64,000 nucleotides of DNA from Octopus sinensis (lineage: Eukaryota): contig NC_043014.1 in assembly GCF_006345805.1 (NCBI RefSeq), positions 310,001-374,000 of the forward strand, in the 5' to 3' direction. Shown one piece after another: positions 1-13,489 of the stretch (position 1 is its first letter; each line of letters opens with the position of its first letter). The position numbers and the translations under genes were made by a program. The notes below the pieces were generated by a model that saw only the letters and a list, made by a program, of their open reading frames with translations, ran no database searches and was not told where the DNA came from.

Positions 1-151
1 TGAGTAGAAGATTGAAATCTTCTCGAAAATCAAAATTTCGAGATATATTTCCCCGTTGAAGGTCATCTTTATATTTATTCCGAAACTCCACTTGGATGGC
101 AGTCAGAAACTTGTCGACATAGGACAGTTGTAATATCTTTTGATACGCTAC
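1..151 (-). CDS. SRPRA: SRP receptor alpha, coding exon 3 (runs off window edge)
   Basis: Acceptor ctcttacccag| then VAYQKILQLSYVDKFLTAIQVEFRNKYKDDLQRGNISRNFDFREDFNLLL, matching SRPRA longin-domain VGFQKILTLTYVDKL..FRDKY; phase 0 fits exon 2. Confidence 0.93.
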
Positions 152-624
152 CTGGGTAAGAGACAGAAAGGGACAGATGTAAACAGTGTCACAACAAAGA
201 CATACGAGAGATGTAGGCAGTATAACAGTGTGTTGCAGTAGACATACAACAGATGTATGTAATCTGTACCTCACAAGACCTATACAACATATATAGTTAA
301 TACCTCAAAGTAATCTCAATTTTAAGTCGTTACAAGCAGTTACCAAGTTTTTCCTGAAAAGTCAAGTTCTGTTAAAACCACACTGTTCTCTCAGCTCAGC
401 AATTCTGCGGAAACCAAAGCTAAATCCAAGCTTTGCAGATTATTCGCATTTTAGGATTAATTTAGCATTTAAACTGGCCATATCAAACTCAAATATTCTA
501 CTTGCTTTACATTGAAACTGGCCAGGCCCAGCCTCTCAAACTTTAGACGGAACCACTTTGGGAAATTTTGCGGAAACTGTAGGCCATAAAGAACAAAATA
601 GAATGAATAATAAAAAACCTTCAT

Positions 625-775
625 GTGGTCACTTGACCTGCTAGAAACAACAGCCAAATATCCATCAAACCATATCTTAACATTTTAAAAATGAAAGGAC
701 TTTGGAATTACACAGTGCTTCAAAAACACTGGTTTGTTCTATAAGAACTGTCCTGGAGCTAAATAACAACCACCA
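625..775 (+). repeat. Unclassified interspersed repeat; other copies ~6445, 19940, 20625, 20865, 21010, 32005, 41225, 48595, and minus ~9500, 58330
   Basis: Shared gacctgctagaaa.agcagccaaat.tc…tttgatcataggtctgct…acctggggctaaacaac segments. Confidence 0.6.
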
Positions 776-1388
776 CCAACTGAAAATCTAAAGAGTAGAT
801 GATAAATACTTCAGTACAACTGAAGTACATTTGTTGGATGTCGATCAGATGGGAAGAGAGATTTGGCCAACAGCATTAGCCATGGTTGAGTGGTTGAAGA
901 AGTTCACTGCACAAACACAAGATCTCCAAGTACAATGCTATAACACAGCACTTTGAGCAAATGTGTTTTACCTTTGCCTCAGCTCACCCCAAACCATGGG
1001 AGAGTGGAAACTGTGTGGAAGCCCACCCTATGGATGGTGTCCATTAATTCAAAGATGCAACCATGTCATACACTGTTATACTGATTCTGTCTGAGAAATA
1101 CTTAACCACAGCTCAAACAACTGAATTCTCATCATTAAAAACCAATCAAAGTATAATTAATTTGTAAAACTGACTGAAAAAACATGAAATTTTTGTTGAG
1201 ATTTTTTGTAATTTGTTGAATATTTTTATAAGGGCTCCCAAAACCCACCCGACCATACTGGATGAGATTAGGAGAAAGAGAAAGAGCTAAGTCAGAGAGA
1301 ATGGTTTGTAGATATTGCAGAATTGAAGGGAGGAACGTCAGCCTAGAAATGTTGAAAGAGAAAGAAGTATGGGAAGTTGAAGACTTAC

Positions 1389-1472
1389 CACGAATACCAG
1401 TTCGTATTCATTGTCCAAGCGATACTTTAAGGTCAGAGATTCGTGAGTGTAGGAACTACTGCCACTTCTCTC
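1389..1472 (-). CDS. SRPRA: SRP receptor alpha, coding exon 2
   Basis: ttgttattcag|84 nt|gtaagt encoding ERSGSSSYTHESLTLKYRLDNEYELVFV (cf. ERGGNNSFTHEALTLKYKLDNQFELVFV). Confidence 0.95.
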
Positions 1473-1680
1473 CTGAATAACAAAAAACAGGCATTTCACA
1501 AAAATTGATAAGGACACAAAAGAAAAAGAAAACCTAATTAAACAACTGAGATGTGGTGGTCTTCATGACTATACTCTGGACTGTTAACTCATGCATTTAC
1601 AATATTTAGCTCTAAATTAAAGTTTCAACCATCGATCCTCACCAATAATGATTAGAGATCAAACCAATCGTAACGTATTG

Positions 1681-1886
1681 ATTTCAAATTTTAGCACAAG
1701 GCCAGCAATTTCAAGGGAAGGGCTAAGCTCAATACATGAACTCCAACGTTCAACTGGTCCTTATTTTATCAATCTCCAAAGGATGAAAGGCAAAGTCAAA
1801 GTTGGTGGAATTTGAACTTTGAATATAAAGAGAGGACAAAATGCCACAAGACATTTTACCTGGCACACTAACAATTCTTGCCTGCC
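1681..1886 (-). mobile_element. tRNA-derived OR/OK-like SINE
   Basis: Family core ggatgaaaggcaaagtc…ggaatttgaact. Confidence 0.8.
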
Positions 1887-2306
1887 TAATTGTAAAATAG
1901 AAAATTATTATCATTATTTATTATATTTATCTTCCACACTGGCTGGAGTTAAACGATTTGACAATATCTGATGAGCTGAACGCCTGCCTTGAGCTCCTGT
2001 ATCTGCTTTGATAGGATTTCTTTGGCTGAATGTCCTTCCTTATGCTAACCACTTTATAGAATGCACAGAGTGGTGCCAGCACCAGTGAAATTACCAAGTG
2101 AATTGCAAGAAGAAAAAAAATATCCGTGTTGAATTAAAGGAATGAAAATTCAAGTCTTGGGATTATATATAAAACAAAAAGATAAATAAATGATGGTGAT
2201 GCACAAGTCCAGCAAGTGACTGGCTCTGAGGAAGTTTATTGAACCTGAAGTAAGAACATTGTGAAACAGTCATTCTAAACATTTAGCAAATCACTATTTA
2301 CATTCA

Positions 2307-2483
2307 CTCTTAGCATTCAAACCAACCAGATCTAACCTCTCACACCTACCCTACAATGTCATTCTCAAAATAAACAATGTCACAGCATCCAAACCTTGAA
2401 GCTATAAGATAATCCAGGATTAATTGAAAGCAATGTGAATAAATAAGGATTACGTTTGAGAGAGGAATCTGAATGCTGAAGGG
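2307..2483. mobile_element. Short piggyBac-type MITE
   Basis: ctcttagcattcaaac … atctgaatgctgaaggg|ttaa inverted ends. Confidence 0.55.
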
Positions 2484-3294
2484 TTAAATCTCATTTCACG
2501 AGATGTCAACACATCAATTGCAGAGCAGCTGTTGTAGTGTGTCAGTGTGTCAGGGACCAGGTCCCATTTGTGAGACAGAAGTCTTGAAACCTCATCAAAG
2601 TGAATTGAACAGTTTTGTTACCTTATTTCTCTTGAAACCCGTTGCCTTTGTTTCAATTAATTTATGAAAATGATGAAGTTTAATAAAAATAACTTTGTTT
2701 CTATTAAAGCTGGTGTTTGCAATATAAGTATGAGACTAAGATGGACAGCTTTAATTTAGATCAATTTAAAATATAAAGTCTGTATTAGTGACGGAGGGAA
2801 TGAACGTGAGTGGCTTGGTGTCAAAATAGTTACAAACTTTGTGTTACTGAATGGTTCTTTGACAATGTAATAGCAAAAATGAATCATTAACGATAATTGA
2901 AAACAAAAATGACTGACTCCAGTGTTTTGTGAGAAAATGAGAAAAATTGTGTTTAATTAATGTGGGAAATGATTGATTAGTGGAATTGAAATGATTAAGA
3001 CACCATCTGTTTCCATTGAATAGAAATAATGATCAAGTATCCTCTGTTTCATGATAATAATAAATCCTTGTATGTTGGATATAACGAACATGTGGTGGGG
3101 AGGGGAGAAAGTATATACCTGATGCACCCCTAATACACGAGACTCAATGGTCCATATGAAAGGCTCCCAATGAACTGCTACCAACTAAAACTGCTGATCG
3201 CTCACAGTTCTTTGTTTTATAACAAGTCAGTCCACCTTCAGTCACTTGCGGGGCGGTCGGAACCCTTCCACAACAACAACAACAATAATAATAA

Positions 3295-3500
3295 TCCTTT
3301 CTACTTTAGGCACAAGGCTTGAAATTTGGGGGTACGGGACTAGTTGATTACACTGGCCCCAGTGTTTCATTGGTGCTCAATTTATCAACCCCGAAAGGAT
3401 GAAAGGCAAAGCTGACCTCGTCAGAATTTGAGCTCAGAACATAGAGACAGGCAACATACTGCTCAGCATTTCATCCAGCATAAAACGATCCTACCAGCCT
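3295..3500 (-). mobile_element. tRNA-derived OR/OK-like SINE
   Basis: cccgaaaggatgaaaggcaaagctgacctcgtcagaatttgagctcagaac. Confidence 0.8.
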
Positions 3501-3964
3501 TAATAATAATAATAATAATAAAAAGAGATTTGCTTTACATTCAGAGAAAGTTTATTTGACTTTAAAAGGATCACAGATGTTAATATGATCCTCTTCTTGC
3601 CAACAATTAACTACAGTTTATATTCACAAGATTATGCTTCATTCAATTTGATCTCCAGTCATCAACAGGTGTTTATTTCATCGATCTATGCATGGTCTCA
3701 CAGCAGAACCTTTATTTCTAAACTATAAAAGCAGCAGTGTTCTTATTCTCAGATGCAGCACTGGGACTATATACACATCAAGGAATAATGTAGTTGATGA
3801 TGATCAAAAATCAAACTAATAATATTGAGAAACGGATTTTAATTAGTGATCACTCTCATATAATTATCATCTTTGTAAAGTTGTGGAGGCAAAACACACT
3901 AAACAGACATTATGACATTTTTATGAGAAACATTACAAACAGACCTTACCAATTGTATGATCAT

Positions 3965-5455
3965 CAGAGATAATGCAATTAAAGGTATGAAGACAGGGAG
4001 AGCCCTTGGTCCATCAGGAGTCACTGCTGAGGTGCTTAAAATATCTGGTAGAGTTGGTTATGGTCACCCAAATAGTAAATCAGGTTATTCAGGAAGGTGT
4101 AATCCCCATTGACTGGTGTAGCAGCATTATAGTCAGCTGCTACAAGACAGAAGAAATTACAGGTGTCAAACTGCTGGACCGGATGATGAAAGTTACTGAG
4201 AGAGTTACGCCCCAGTTAATTGGGAAAAGAATTAGGCAAGATGAAATGCAGTTTGGCTTTCAGCCAGGGAGAAGCACGAGTGATGTTATTTTCATAGTCA
4301 GGCAACTGTAAGAAAAGTACATAGCTAGGAATAAATCATTGTACTTGGTATTTAGGGATCTGGAGAAAGCCCTTGACAGAGTACCTTACCCTGTGATATG
4401 GTGGTTGCTGAGGAAGTAAGGGTTAAACGAATAGCTTGTGAAAGTTGTACAGGCCATGTATAAGGTGCTGTTAGTAAGGTATGGGTTAGCCATGGGCACA
4501 GTAACGAATTTAGTGCATAGGTAGGCACTCATCAAGGCTTGAACCTCAGCACCCTCCCAGGAATATAAGACTGGAAACCCATGGAAAGATCTTGCTCTCA
4601 TAGCAGAATCTGTAATAGAACTAGAAAAGAAATTCCATGTGTGGAAGCAAAACCTGGAATGAAAGGGCCTTAAAGATAATTTAGCAAAGACAAAGGTCCT
4701 ACTAAGCAAGAAATCAGACAGAACCCTACCCTCTTCAGGTAAATGGCCATGCTCAATATGTAGGAAAGGTGTAGGCAGGATTTCCATTTGGTGTATTGAG
4801 TGCAAGCTATGGACACACAAGAGGTACAATGGAAAAGTAGGAAGATTAATAGAGAAAGTAGTGTTTGTTTGTCGAAGATGTATAGGAACCATAAAATCTA
4901 CGAACACATGGGAAACTGATTTCCTCAAATGCCCTGGAGGAACTCTAGAAGTGATAGGTAATTTCTGTTACCTAGGTAACTAAATTAGTAGTGGATGAGG
5001 ATGTACCAAAAGTTCAATTTCTAGAATAAGAATAGGATGGAGAAAATTCAGAGAGCTTTTACCTGTTGGCAACCAAAGGTCTCTCTCACTGAGTGTAAGG
5101 AAGATTGTCTGATGCAGGTATACAAACAGCAATGCTACATGGTAGTGAGATGTGGGCCCAGAATGCAGAGGAAGTGTGAAAACTAGAGAGGAATGAAGTG
5201 GGTAAGCTCCACAGGATGAGCAGTGTCAGTGTACATGTGTAACGGAGCACTAATGTATTGAGAGAAAAGTTTGGCATAAGAAGAATTAGATGTCGTTGAC
5301 AAGAGAGAGGATTGCACTAGTTTGGTCATGTGATGCCTAGGAATGAGGAGAATTGCATAAAGAATTGCTGATCACAAAAAGTGGTTGGAACTTGAGGAAG
5401 AGGAAGACCAAAGAAGAGAGGAGACAAAGTACTGAAGGCCAACCTTAAGACAAAG
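3965..5455 (+). mobile_element. Decayed RTE-clade LINE (RT domain to 3' end)
   Basis: QFGFQPGRSTSDVIFIVRQL…DLEKALDRVP motifs with stops and frameshifts. Confidence 0.9.
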
Positions 5456-6929
5456 GACTAGGGACCAAGAGATATCACTCAGTCCAAGCCTCACCTCTTC
5501 TGTCCCCTCAAGGGAATGTCCTGATATAGCTCCATCATTATCTCTCTCACTATCGCTTCTAATTCCCTCTCCTATTTTCCAACTGGGGTATCTATGTATC
5601 TTCTCTACAACAAGACATGTCCCTGCCACATCTTCAATCTCTCAACTGACACCACCTTCAATACTATTTTCCATTCCACCCTTCTCAGTTGAAGGGGTTT
5701 TTGTCTTCCAAGCTACTTGGTGACCCTATAGGTGCTGGTGCCAAATAAAAAGTACCCAGTACATTGTGAAGTGGTTGGTGTTAGGAAGGGTATCCAACTG
5801 TAGAAGCAGAGCCAAAACAGGCAATGGAACCTGGTGCAGCACTTGGCCTGGCCAGTTCCTGTCGGACCACATGGTTCCAGATTCAGGTCCTCTCTGTGGA
5901 ATCTTGAGTGTCTTTTAGTAGAGCCTTGGGAGTAGATTTGGTTGAACTGAAAGACCAGTGTGTATATGTGTGTGTGCATGTATGTATATATATATATAGA
6001 CATGTGTGAGATGTGTTCCCCCCCACCACCACCACCACTGCTTGGCAACCTCCTCAACAGCAAGACATCTGTTTCTGCACCTCCTCCCCCTCCCCTCTCA
6101 AAGACATGAGGAACTGTTCCAAAGCTCTGCCATTATCTTCAGACAGGAGACCAAGTGTGAATGCTTTCTGATAAAGTAGACCACAGTAAAGATGCGCAAT
6201 GATCCAGTACTGGCAACGACAGATGTGATGAGGCTGATCTCAAAGGGAAGACATTTTTTTTAAATTTGCCAGATTCAAGTCAGCTCTCGGGTGGCAACTC
6301 CTCAGTGTTAGTCAACTAGTGATGACCTTGATCTCGGTTAAAGTCTTCATGAAGTCAGCTTATCATTACACTGACTGTACTAATCTAATACTTCACTACA
6401 TCGTTATTTTTAAACTGTTCTGATAAGGATGTTTCTATGTAGTTGGTTAACCTGCTAGAAAAAGCAGTCAGATCTCAACATCCTGCTGTCTTAAAAACAA
6501 TGACTGGGTGTCATCCTCGATACAACATACCTGGACATTATTGGACTGTCACAAAGGTTGTCATGCGATTAAATAACAACAAAGGGGAGAGATTTTACAG
6601 TAAGACAATTATCACCATTATCATTGTTTTAACGTCCATTTTTTCCCATGCCTGCATGGGTCAGAGAAGATACGCTGATATTTTCTGCAGCCAAATGCTC
6701 CTTTACAGAGTATGCTGAGTGCTTTTACATGGCACCACACAGACACTTTTACATGATTCCAAACAGACGCATTTAAATGGCGCCACATGGGCGCTTTTAT
6801 GTGGCACTACCATGAGTGCTTTTGACATGATAGGTCAATCCTCATCACCAGAGGGACCAGTTTTAACACTTCTACTGCAGAGAATAGGTCTTCATGATTA
6901 CAGCAAGGCTCAGGGTATCTTAGTCCTTT

Positions 6930-8400
6930 GTCCTCTCGCTTGAAAGGTTCGGCATCCTGAGGTTGTTCTTCAGCATTTCATCCCATGTCTTCCACTTCCA
7001 CAAGTTCCATTCATTTTGAAATAATGGCACTTCTTTATGAAACTGTCAGCATCCATCCACATCACATGACCAAACCAGCACAGTCTCTTATACACAACAA
7101 ATTCCTCTTAGGCCTAACTTCTCTCTCAGTACACTAGCACTCTACTGAACATGCACACACAAATTACACATCCAGAGGAGCATACTGGCCTCATCCCTTT
7201 CTAATTTTTGTATGACCTCTACATTCAGGGCCCACATCTCACTACCATGTAGAATTGCTGTCTGTAGACATGTATCATACACTCTTCCTTTTACTCGGAG
7301 AGAGAAACCTTTTGTAGCCAACAGCAGTAACAGTTCTCTAAATTTCTTCCATCCTATTCTAGCTATCAAACTCTCCATGCATCCTCCCCAACTACTAATT
7401 TGGTTCCCTCGGTAGCAGAAATTATCTACTACCTCTACTGATCTACCAGAGCATTTAAGAGAATCAATTTTCCAAATCTCTATAGTTTTTATGGATCCTG
7501 TGCATCTTCCACGAACGCTACCTTCTCTGATAATCTTCCTGTTAATCCACTGGACCTCTTGTGTGTGCATAGCTTACAGTGTACACTGTATGGAGTTTCT
7601 GCCTACACCTTTCCTACAAATCAAACAGTGTCACCTACCTGAAATAGGTAGGGTCTTGTTAATTTTTTGCTTACTAGAACTTTAGTCTTTGCTAAGTTAA
7701 CCTTAAGACCCTTAGATTCCAGGTTTTGCTTCCACAGCTGGAATTTCTGTTCTAGCTCTGATATGGAGTCTGCTGTGAGGGCAAGATCATCAGTGTATTG
7801 TAGTTCCCAGTCTTGAATTCCTCTGCTATGGCCGAGGGAATAATGACAAAAAGGCGGAGATGAAGGACTGAGCATTGACAAACCCCTACCTAAACACACT
7901 GTATTCGTAGTTAACTCTCACCTTACTGACAGCGTTTTTGTACATGGCCTGGACAGCTTTCACCAGCCACTGCTCCTACCCCTAGTCTCCTCAGGGCCCA
8001 CCACATCACACAGTAGGGTACTCTATCAAAGGCTTTCTCTAGATCAACAAATGCCAAGTATAATGTTTTATTCTTAGCCAAGTACTTCTCTTGCAGTTGC
8101 CTGACTATGAAAATAGCATTGGTAACGCTTCTTCCCTGGATGAAGTCAAACTGCATTTCGTCTAGCCTAATTCTGCTCCTAATTGATTAGGCTGTAACTC
8201 ACTCTGTAATTTTTATCACCGGGTCCAGGAGTTTGATGCCTCTGTAATTTCTTCTATCTAAAGCATTACCCTTACCCTTGAGCAGCTAACAATAATGCTG
8301 CTACACCAATCACTGGGTATTACACCTTCCTGAAAGACCTGGTTAACTATGCAGGTGACTAGCCTGTACCCTACCTTACCAAGCTTCCTCAACCTCCTTT
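6930..8400 (-). mobile_element. Decayed RTE-clade LINE
   Basis: QFDFIQGRSVTNAIFIVRQLQEKYLAKNKTLYLAFVDLEKAFDRVP; WELQYTDDLALTADS; AILHGSEMWAL. Confidence 0.92.
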
Positions 8401-9769
8401 TCCATATTGGTTTGCATCTCTAGACCTTTCTGGCCCTAAGTCTGAAGTCACTAACCATATATATATATATATTATACGCACACACACACAGGGTATAAAT
8501 AATGGTCATTATATATTTTTCATTTATTAGAGTAAATTTGGCTGTTAATTTCATTTCCCAATCATGTGATTTCAGGCTTAGTTCCACTATATGATAGCTT
8601 GAGCAAGTGTCTTCTATTATAATTCCCAGGCCAACGAGGGCTTTGAGAATGGATTTGAGAGATAGAAATTGAAAGAATCTTTTCGTAAATATTTGTGTGC
8701 TTATGTTACCTTGTCTGACAGTTGCAAGTGAGCATCGCAGTTGTGTTGTTTGTATCGAATCCTCCTCCATCATAACAAGGGGCAATATTCCCTTACATGG
8801 AAACGATTAAGGGCTGGCGATAGAAAGAGCATCCAGCAGTTTAAAATCTGCCTCAATGAAATTCCATCTGACCCTTGGAAACACAGACGTTAAAACGACA
8901 ATTATATATATATATTAGGTGCTTGTGATTCAGTCGAGAGTACTACAGCACATTTTGGGGTAAATTTGGCCTGATGCCAAGGGAGAAATCATTGCTAAAA
9001 TATTTTTCTAGAATTGATATATTCAACATTTTCAATAAATGAGATTAGACACGAAGCATATGTTTTTTTTCCCAGCCTGACTATTTCGGTTGGTAGCGAC
9101 AAGTTCTGCTGGTTTAGTGACACCAACGTGGAAGAACAGCTGAGAGGCAGAGAGACGGACCTACAAATCACTTTTTACGCATTATTATAAGTAACTGAAT
9201 GACACATTGGTTTTTACACTACTAAATTAACAAATGTCGAAATAAAAGATATTGGAAAGCATTCGGATGGTCAATCTTTAAATTCATTCACAATCTGGGT
9301 ACTTTTAGGGTTAGTAAACATCAAAGACTTTAAGAATTACACCCGACATCACATAGCTTCAAGACCTGTTGTTTCACTCCAGGTCTGTCCCAACCAAAAG
9401 CTTTCTGTTCGTAACAATTTGGGGATATATAAAATAATATTATGTAATATCGTTTTATTTATTGATTATTATTTTTTTAAGAGAAGTTGGGATGTGATTT
9501 CAGGAGGATTTAGCTGCTATTTTTAAGATAAAAAGCAACCACCTTGGAATTAGCAGATTTAACAACGTGACTATATTTCGGAATTGAAGAGGTGCTCTTA
9601 AATGGCCACCACCAACGACAGCAATCTTCGTGGAGGCGGAGGGGGGAGCAACGGACACAACGTAGAAAACCATATGTTGACACCAATGACTTTTAATTAA
9701 TGAAATTAAATCATAAAAGTAGACCCCAGCACCCAGTCAAACTGACCTAATTGGGATACAGAATGAAAA

Positions 9770-10090
9770 TCGACTATATATATATATACATTCATATACA
9801 TACATACATTCATATATATACATACATTCATATATATACATACATTCATATACATATATATATATATATACATACATTCATAGACATATACATATATACA
9901 CATACATTCATATATATATATATACATACATACACACACATATATATATACATACATATAATATATACATACACACATACATGCATGAGAAAGTTCGTAT
10001 ATACGTATATATCAACACACGTGTACGCGTGCGTATATTGACAAGTAGAATGAAATACATATATATATACATGTGTGTATATATATATAT
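9770..10090. repeat. Compound TA/CATA microsatellite
   Basis: Direct reading. Confidence 0.95.
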
Positions 10091-10251
10091 GTGTGAGGTG
10101 TGTTCTCGCTGCCCGCGTGTCGCCGCCTCGGTGCCCTGTCGTCGTCGTGGTCGTCGTCTGTGGAACGTCGAGACGTGTCTGAAACGGGACAGAATCAGAA
10201 AAGAAATCCTGGAAAGGAATGAAGAGAGAAAATGGAAAGAATTTCGCTCAC

Positions 10252-10368
10252 TTGTAGAAGGACGCTCTTAATTAAAGCATTAACGGATGGTGTGAACCAT
10301 TGCGATGTTCCCTGGAAGCACCACAGAACGATGCCACCTTTGCTAAAGATACTGAAGAAATCCAACAT
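10252..10368 (-). CDS. SRPRA: SRP receptor alpha, coding exon 1
   Basis: ATG at 10368; MLDFFSIFSKGGIVLWCFQGTSQWFTPSVNALIKSVLLQ then donor CAA|gtgagc; characteristic SRPRA N-terminus. Confidence 0.96.
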
Positions 10369-10558
10369 ATTGGCCAAGTTATTACAGCGACGACGGCGAA
10401 CCTCAAACTAAGGCTTTATCACTCTCTTACGCTCTCTCTCTCCCCCTCCGCCACTCGACACTTCTACGCTTTCTATTTCCATACTCACTCCAATCTATTT
10501 CTATATGTTTCTAATTTGTTTCTCTTCCCCTTCCTCCTCATTGTGTTTCAGCGTTATG

Positions 10559-10813
10559 GTGACGTTTACACACAACTCGATACCGGATGTGACGTTTACA
10601 ACATTCCCTAAATAAGTTTCCTTGTTTTGTGGAACCAACTTCGTTTATTAATCAAATATTAGATTGAATTCAGTTTTTATAATTATATTTTTACGAATAC
10701 TAATTTCATATTTTTTCGTATTATATACACAATTCTCTCAATAAAACTCTGCACTCTACTGGGCATAATTTTAACAGTGTATTTATTTGCAGTGTTTTAG
10801 TACCGGAAGTGAC
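10559..10813. promoter_or_regulatory. Putative SRPRA proximal promoter with ETS and ETS-CRE-like motifs
   Basis: TACCGGATGTGAC (10581-10593), TACCGGAAGTGAC (10801-10813) and two GTGACGTTTACA copies (10559, 10589), 190-450 bp upstream of the SRPRA ATG. Confidence 0.5.
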
Positions 10814-11889
10814 CTTTTTGTCATAAAATACCTCCAACAGTTCCAACAAAACTTCATATCTTTTCGGGTCTAGAAACTCTGCTTCTTTGTTCAAAATAGA
10901 AATAATTTATTGATTTAGTATACGCAACACTGCGTTACTCTGTTATATTGTTAAATTATTTTTGCTGTAGAAAAGCATGTTTAACTTTTAGATTCGTAAA
11001 GTATTAACAGTTATTGTCCCACACGAAAACATAGTATTAAAGATTAGTTCTCTTTTAATTCTGTTTCTGCTGCTAGATAAGAGGGGCAAGAATGTGCAGA
11101 CTTTACAGGTCATGTAGGATCCCATGCACCACTGCAGTGCATCACTGCATTCATCGTTTGCCAGTGTTTGAGTCATCCCAGACGGTATCCTGTCACCACA
11201 AGTTACTTGCTCATCCACTTTGACCATGTGCTATGTAGCAAATAAACACGGGCTATCAACCAACCACCCATACATATCCTCAGACAACATACACAGGATT
11301 GACCCTTCCTAATCATACAAGTAATTAGATGCATCCCTGTTTCTGAGTATAGTCGTTGGACACAAAATCCAACCAATGGTGACCCATAATCTTGCAAAAT
11401 GTCCTGGAACCAAAGGAGTTCCTCTGAACAATGTCCAAGCTTTTCAACAATAGAGCCAGACAGGGAAGACCAGAAACCTGAACACCTTTGTTCTGCTCAC
11501 GCATCAACAATACCAAACAGCTGTCATGATAAAGAACACTAAACATCAAAATAGTTCAAAGCTAATTGTTCTTGGATTAGGTATGATGGTAGTTGCTGTC
11601 CTGGGTTCTTTAAAGATGTTTTGTTGAATAAAATTTGTTGAAAAAAAGCTGCAATATTTATGTACCACCCCAATACACACACACACACACACATTTAAAA
11701 GGAAAGAATTTCCTGTTTTACAGAAAAAGGGTTCAACAAAATGTTCAAACTTTAATTTTTTCTAAAAAATATTGTTTTACAGAAAAGGGTTTAATAAAAT
11801 GTTGAGCCTTCAAAAGTTAGAAACTAGAATTGAAAATATTAAAAAATTTATCTGGCATTTTGTTGCACTTTTGAAAAAAAATAATAGTT

Positions 11890-12190
11890 TTAATAATACT
11901 CTCTTCTCTTCCTCCTCTTCCATTTCCTTTTTTCTCCTCCATTCTATTTTTCAATCCTTTCTCTTCATCTGGGTCATCATCCTTCTTCTCAGGCCTATCT
12001 TTCTTTCATTCTTCTCTCTCTCTCTTCTTTCTTCTTTCCCTTTTCTCTTCTTCATTCCATCATTCACCTCCTTTCATCTTTCTTCTTTAAATATCCTGGA
12101 CCTACCTTTGTTTCATATTTCTCCTCTCCTCCATCCGTCCTTTTTCTCTTCTCTCCTCCATTCCATTAATCGTCTCCTTTTGTCCTTAAT
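11890..12190. repeat. CT-rich low-complexity tract
   Basis: Direct reading. Confidence 0.85.
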
Positions 12191-13489
12191 CCCATCAAAT
12201 GCTTCTATTTGTGTTTCTAAAAGAAATTATATATTCTTTATTTACTATACCTTGATTATAAACTTTTTCCCTCTGAGCCCTTAATGTTTTCCTAGATCCC
12301 AGTATAGTTTCATAGGGTACACCCCTTTAATTGAAAATAATGACAAGAGTTAATGTCACCCCTACCTCTTTTATGGGCATTTACTGCTATCTAATTGACT
12401 CCTTCTAAAGTTTGTTTCTTTTTGTGGTGAGGGCTATTTATGGAATTAAGGAACAAGAGAAACATCTAGTAATATTTATTTATGGCCAGAAGCCAGCTCT
12501 GAGCAGTCAACTCACAATGTTCTTTATTCTCAATAAATATACTATTTTAGCCTTAGATCTTTTATTGGTGATAAGAAGGTAGATAAAAAAATTAGAAATG
12601 AATTATAACCCTTTGACCCTCACCGTGTTCTATGTCACTCCAAAATGTGACATAGAATGTTCTTCTCTTAGATTATTCTTGCTGCTATAGTGACAGCATG
12701 CAATTCTTTCATCCTCTAGCTCTGATAAAATATTTGAGAAAAATTATGTTAATATATCTTGTCTGTTGAAAATGCATGTTTATTGCAACTGAAAATAGCA
12801 CTGTGTTTAAATTGACATAATGCTTGCATTGTTCAATTAAATGGAGCCTCCGGAAACGGTCGTATTGCACTAACACTTGACATCCTGTTACTTACTTTGA
12901 TTTTATTCACCTTACTTCGAGCTGTGCGGATAATACCGGACTGACCTGGTGCCTCAACTTAAGTACCTAATTCAACTGAATCTTAATTATTTCTTGTGTG
13001 TGTGTACATGCTAATCTCTAATTGTGGAGTAATGTGTAGAAGGGGTAGACAGGAAGATGCAGAACAAACTGGTTAGATGTTGGGTCTGACAGAGATGACA
13101 AGGGACCGATACTTCTGGTGTTTTGCTGTGCTTGAGAAACTATGTTGAGCTAAGTAAACTCATGGCCGTTCTTCATATCCTGATGGGATTAATATGCTTC
13201 TTTTCTTTTACTACAAAATCTCTTTTAGCTGCAACAGACACAAAAATGTATAGACTCAAGCCTTTTTCTCTACAAATAAACTGTGCAAGTAAAGTGATGC
13301 TTTTTTTCCTTCCTTCTCACTTGTGTTATATTTGTCAAACTTACCTTATGAGTATGTACACCAATATATTTTCACTTAAACTACAATACACAGACATTAT
13401 GTGAAAACATATTTCTATTCTTATAGAATAAAAGTATTTACCCTTGTGTTAAAAAGTTAGCCTTATTTTAATGAAGCAAAAAATATATA

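Noticed and set aside
1262-1480. 72-aa plus-strand ORF
   Set aside because: Antisense shadow of SRPRA exon 2.
6319-6375. C/D-box-like GTGATGA…CTGA
   Set aside because: Antisense to the host intron, weak terminal stem, no recognisable guide.
11000-11550. Possible Tx1/L1 remnant
   Set aside because: Only vague motif resemblance; not supportable.
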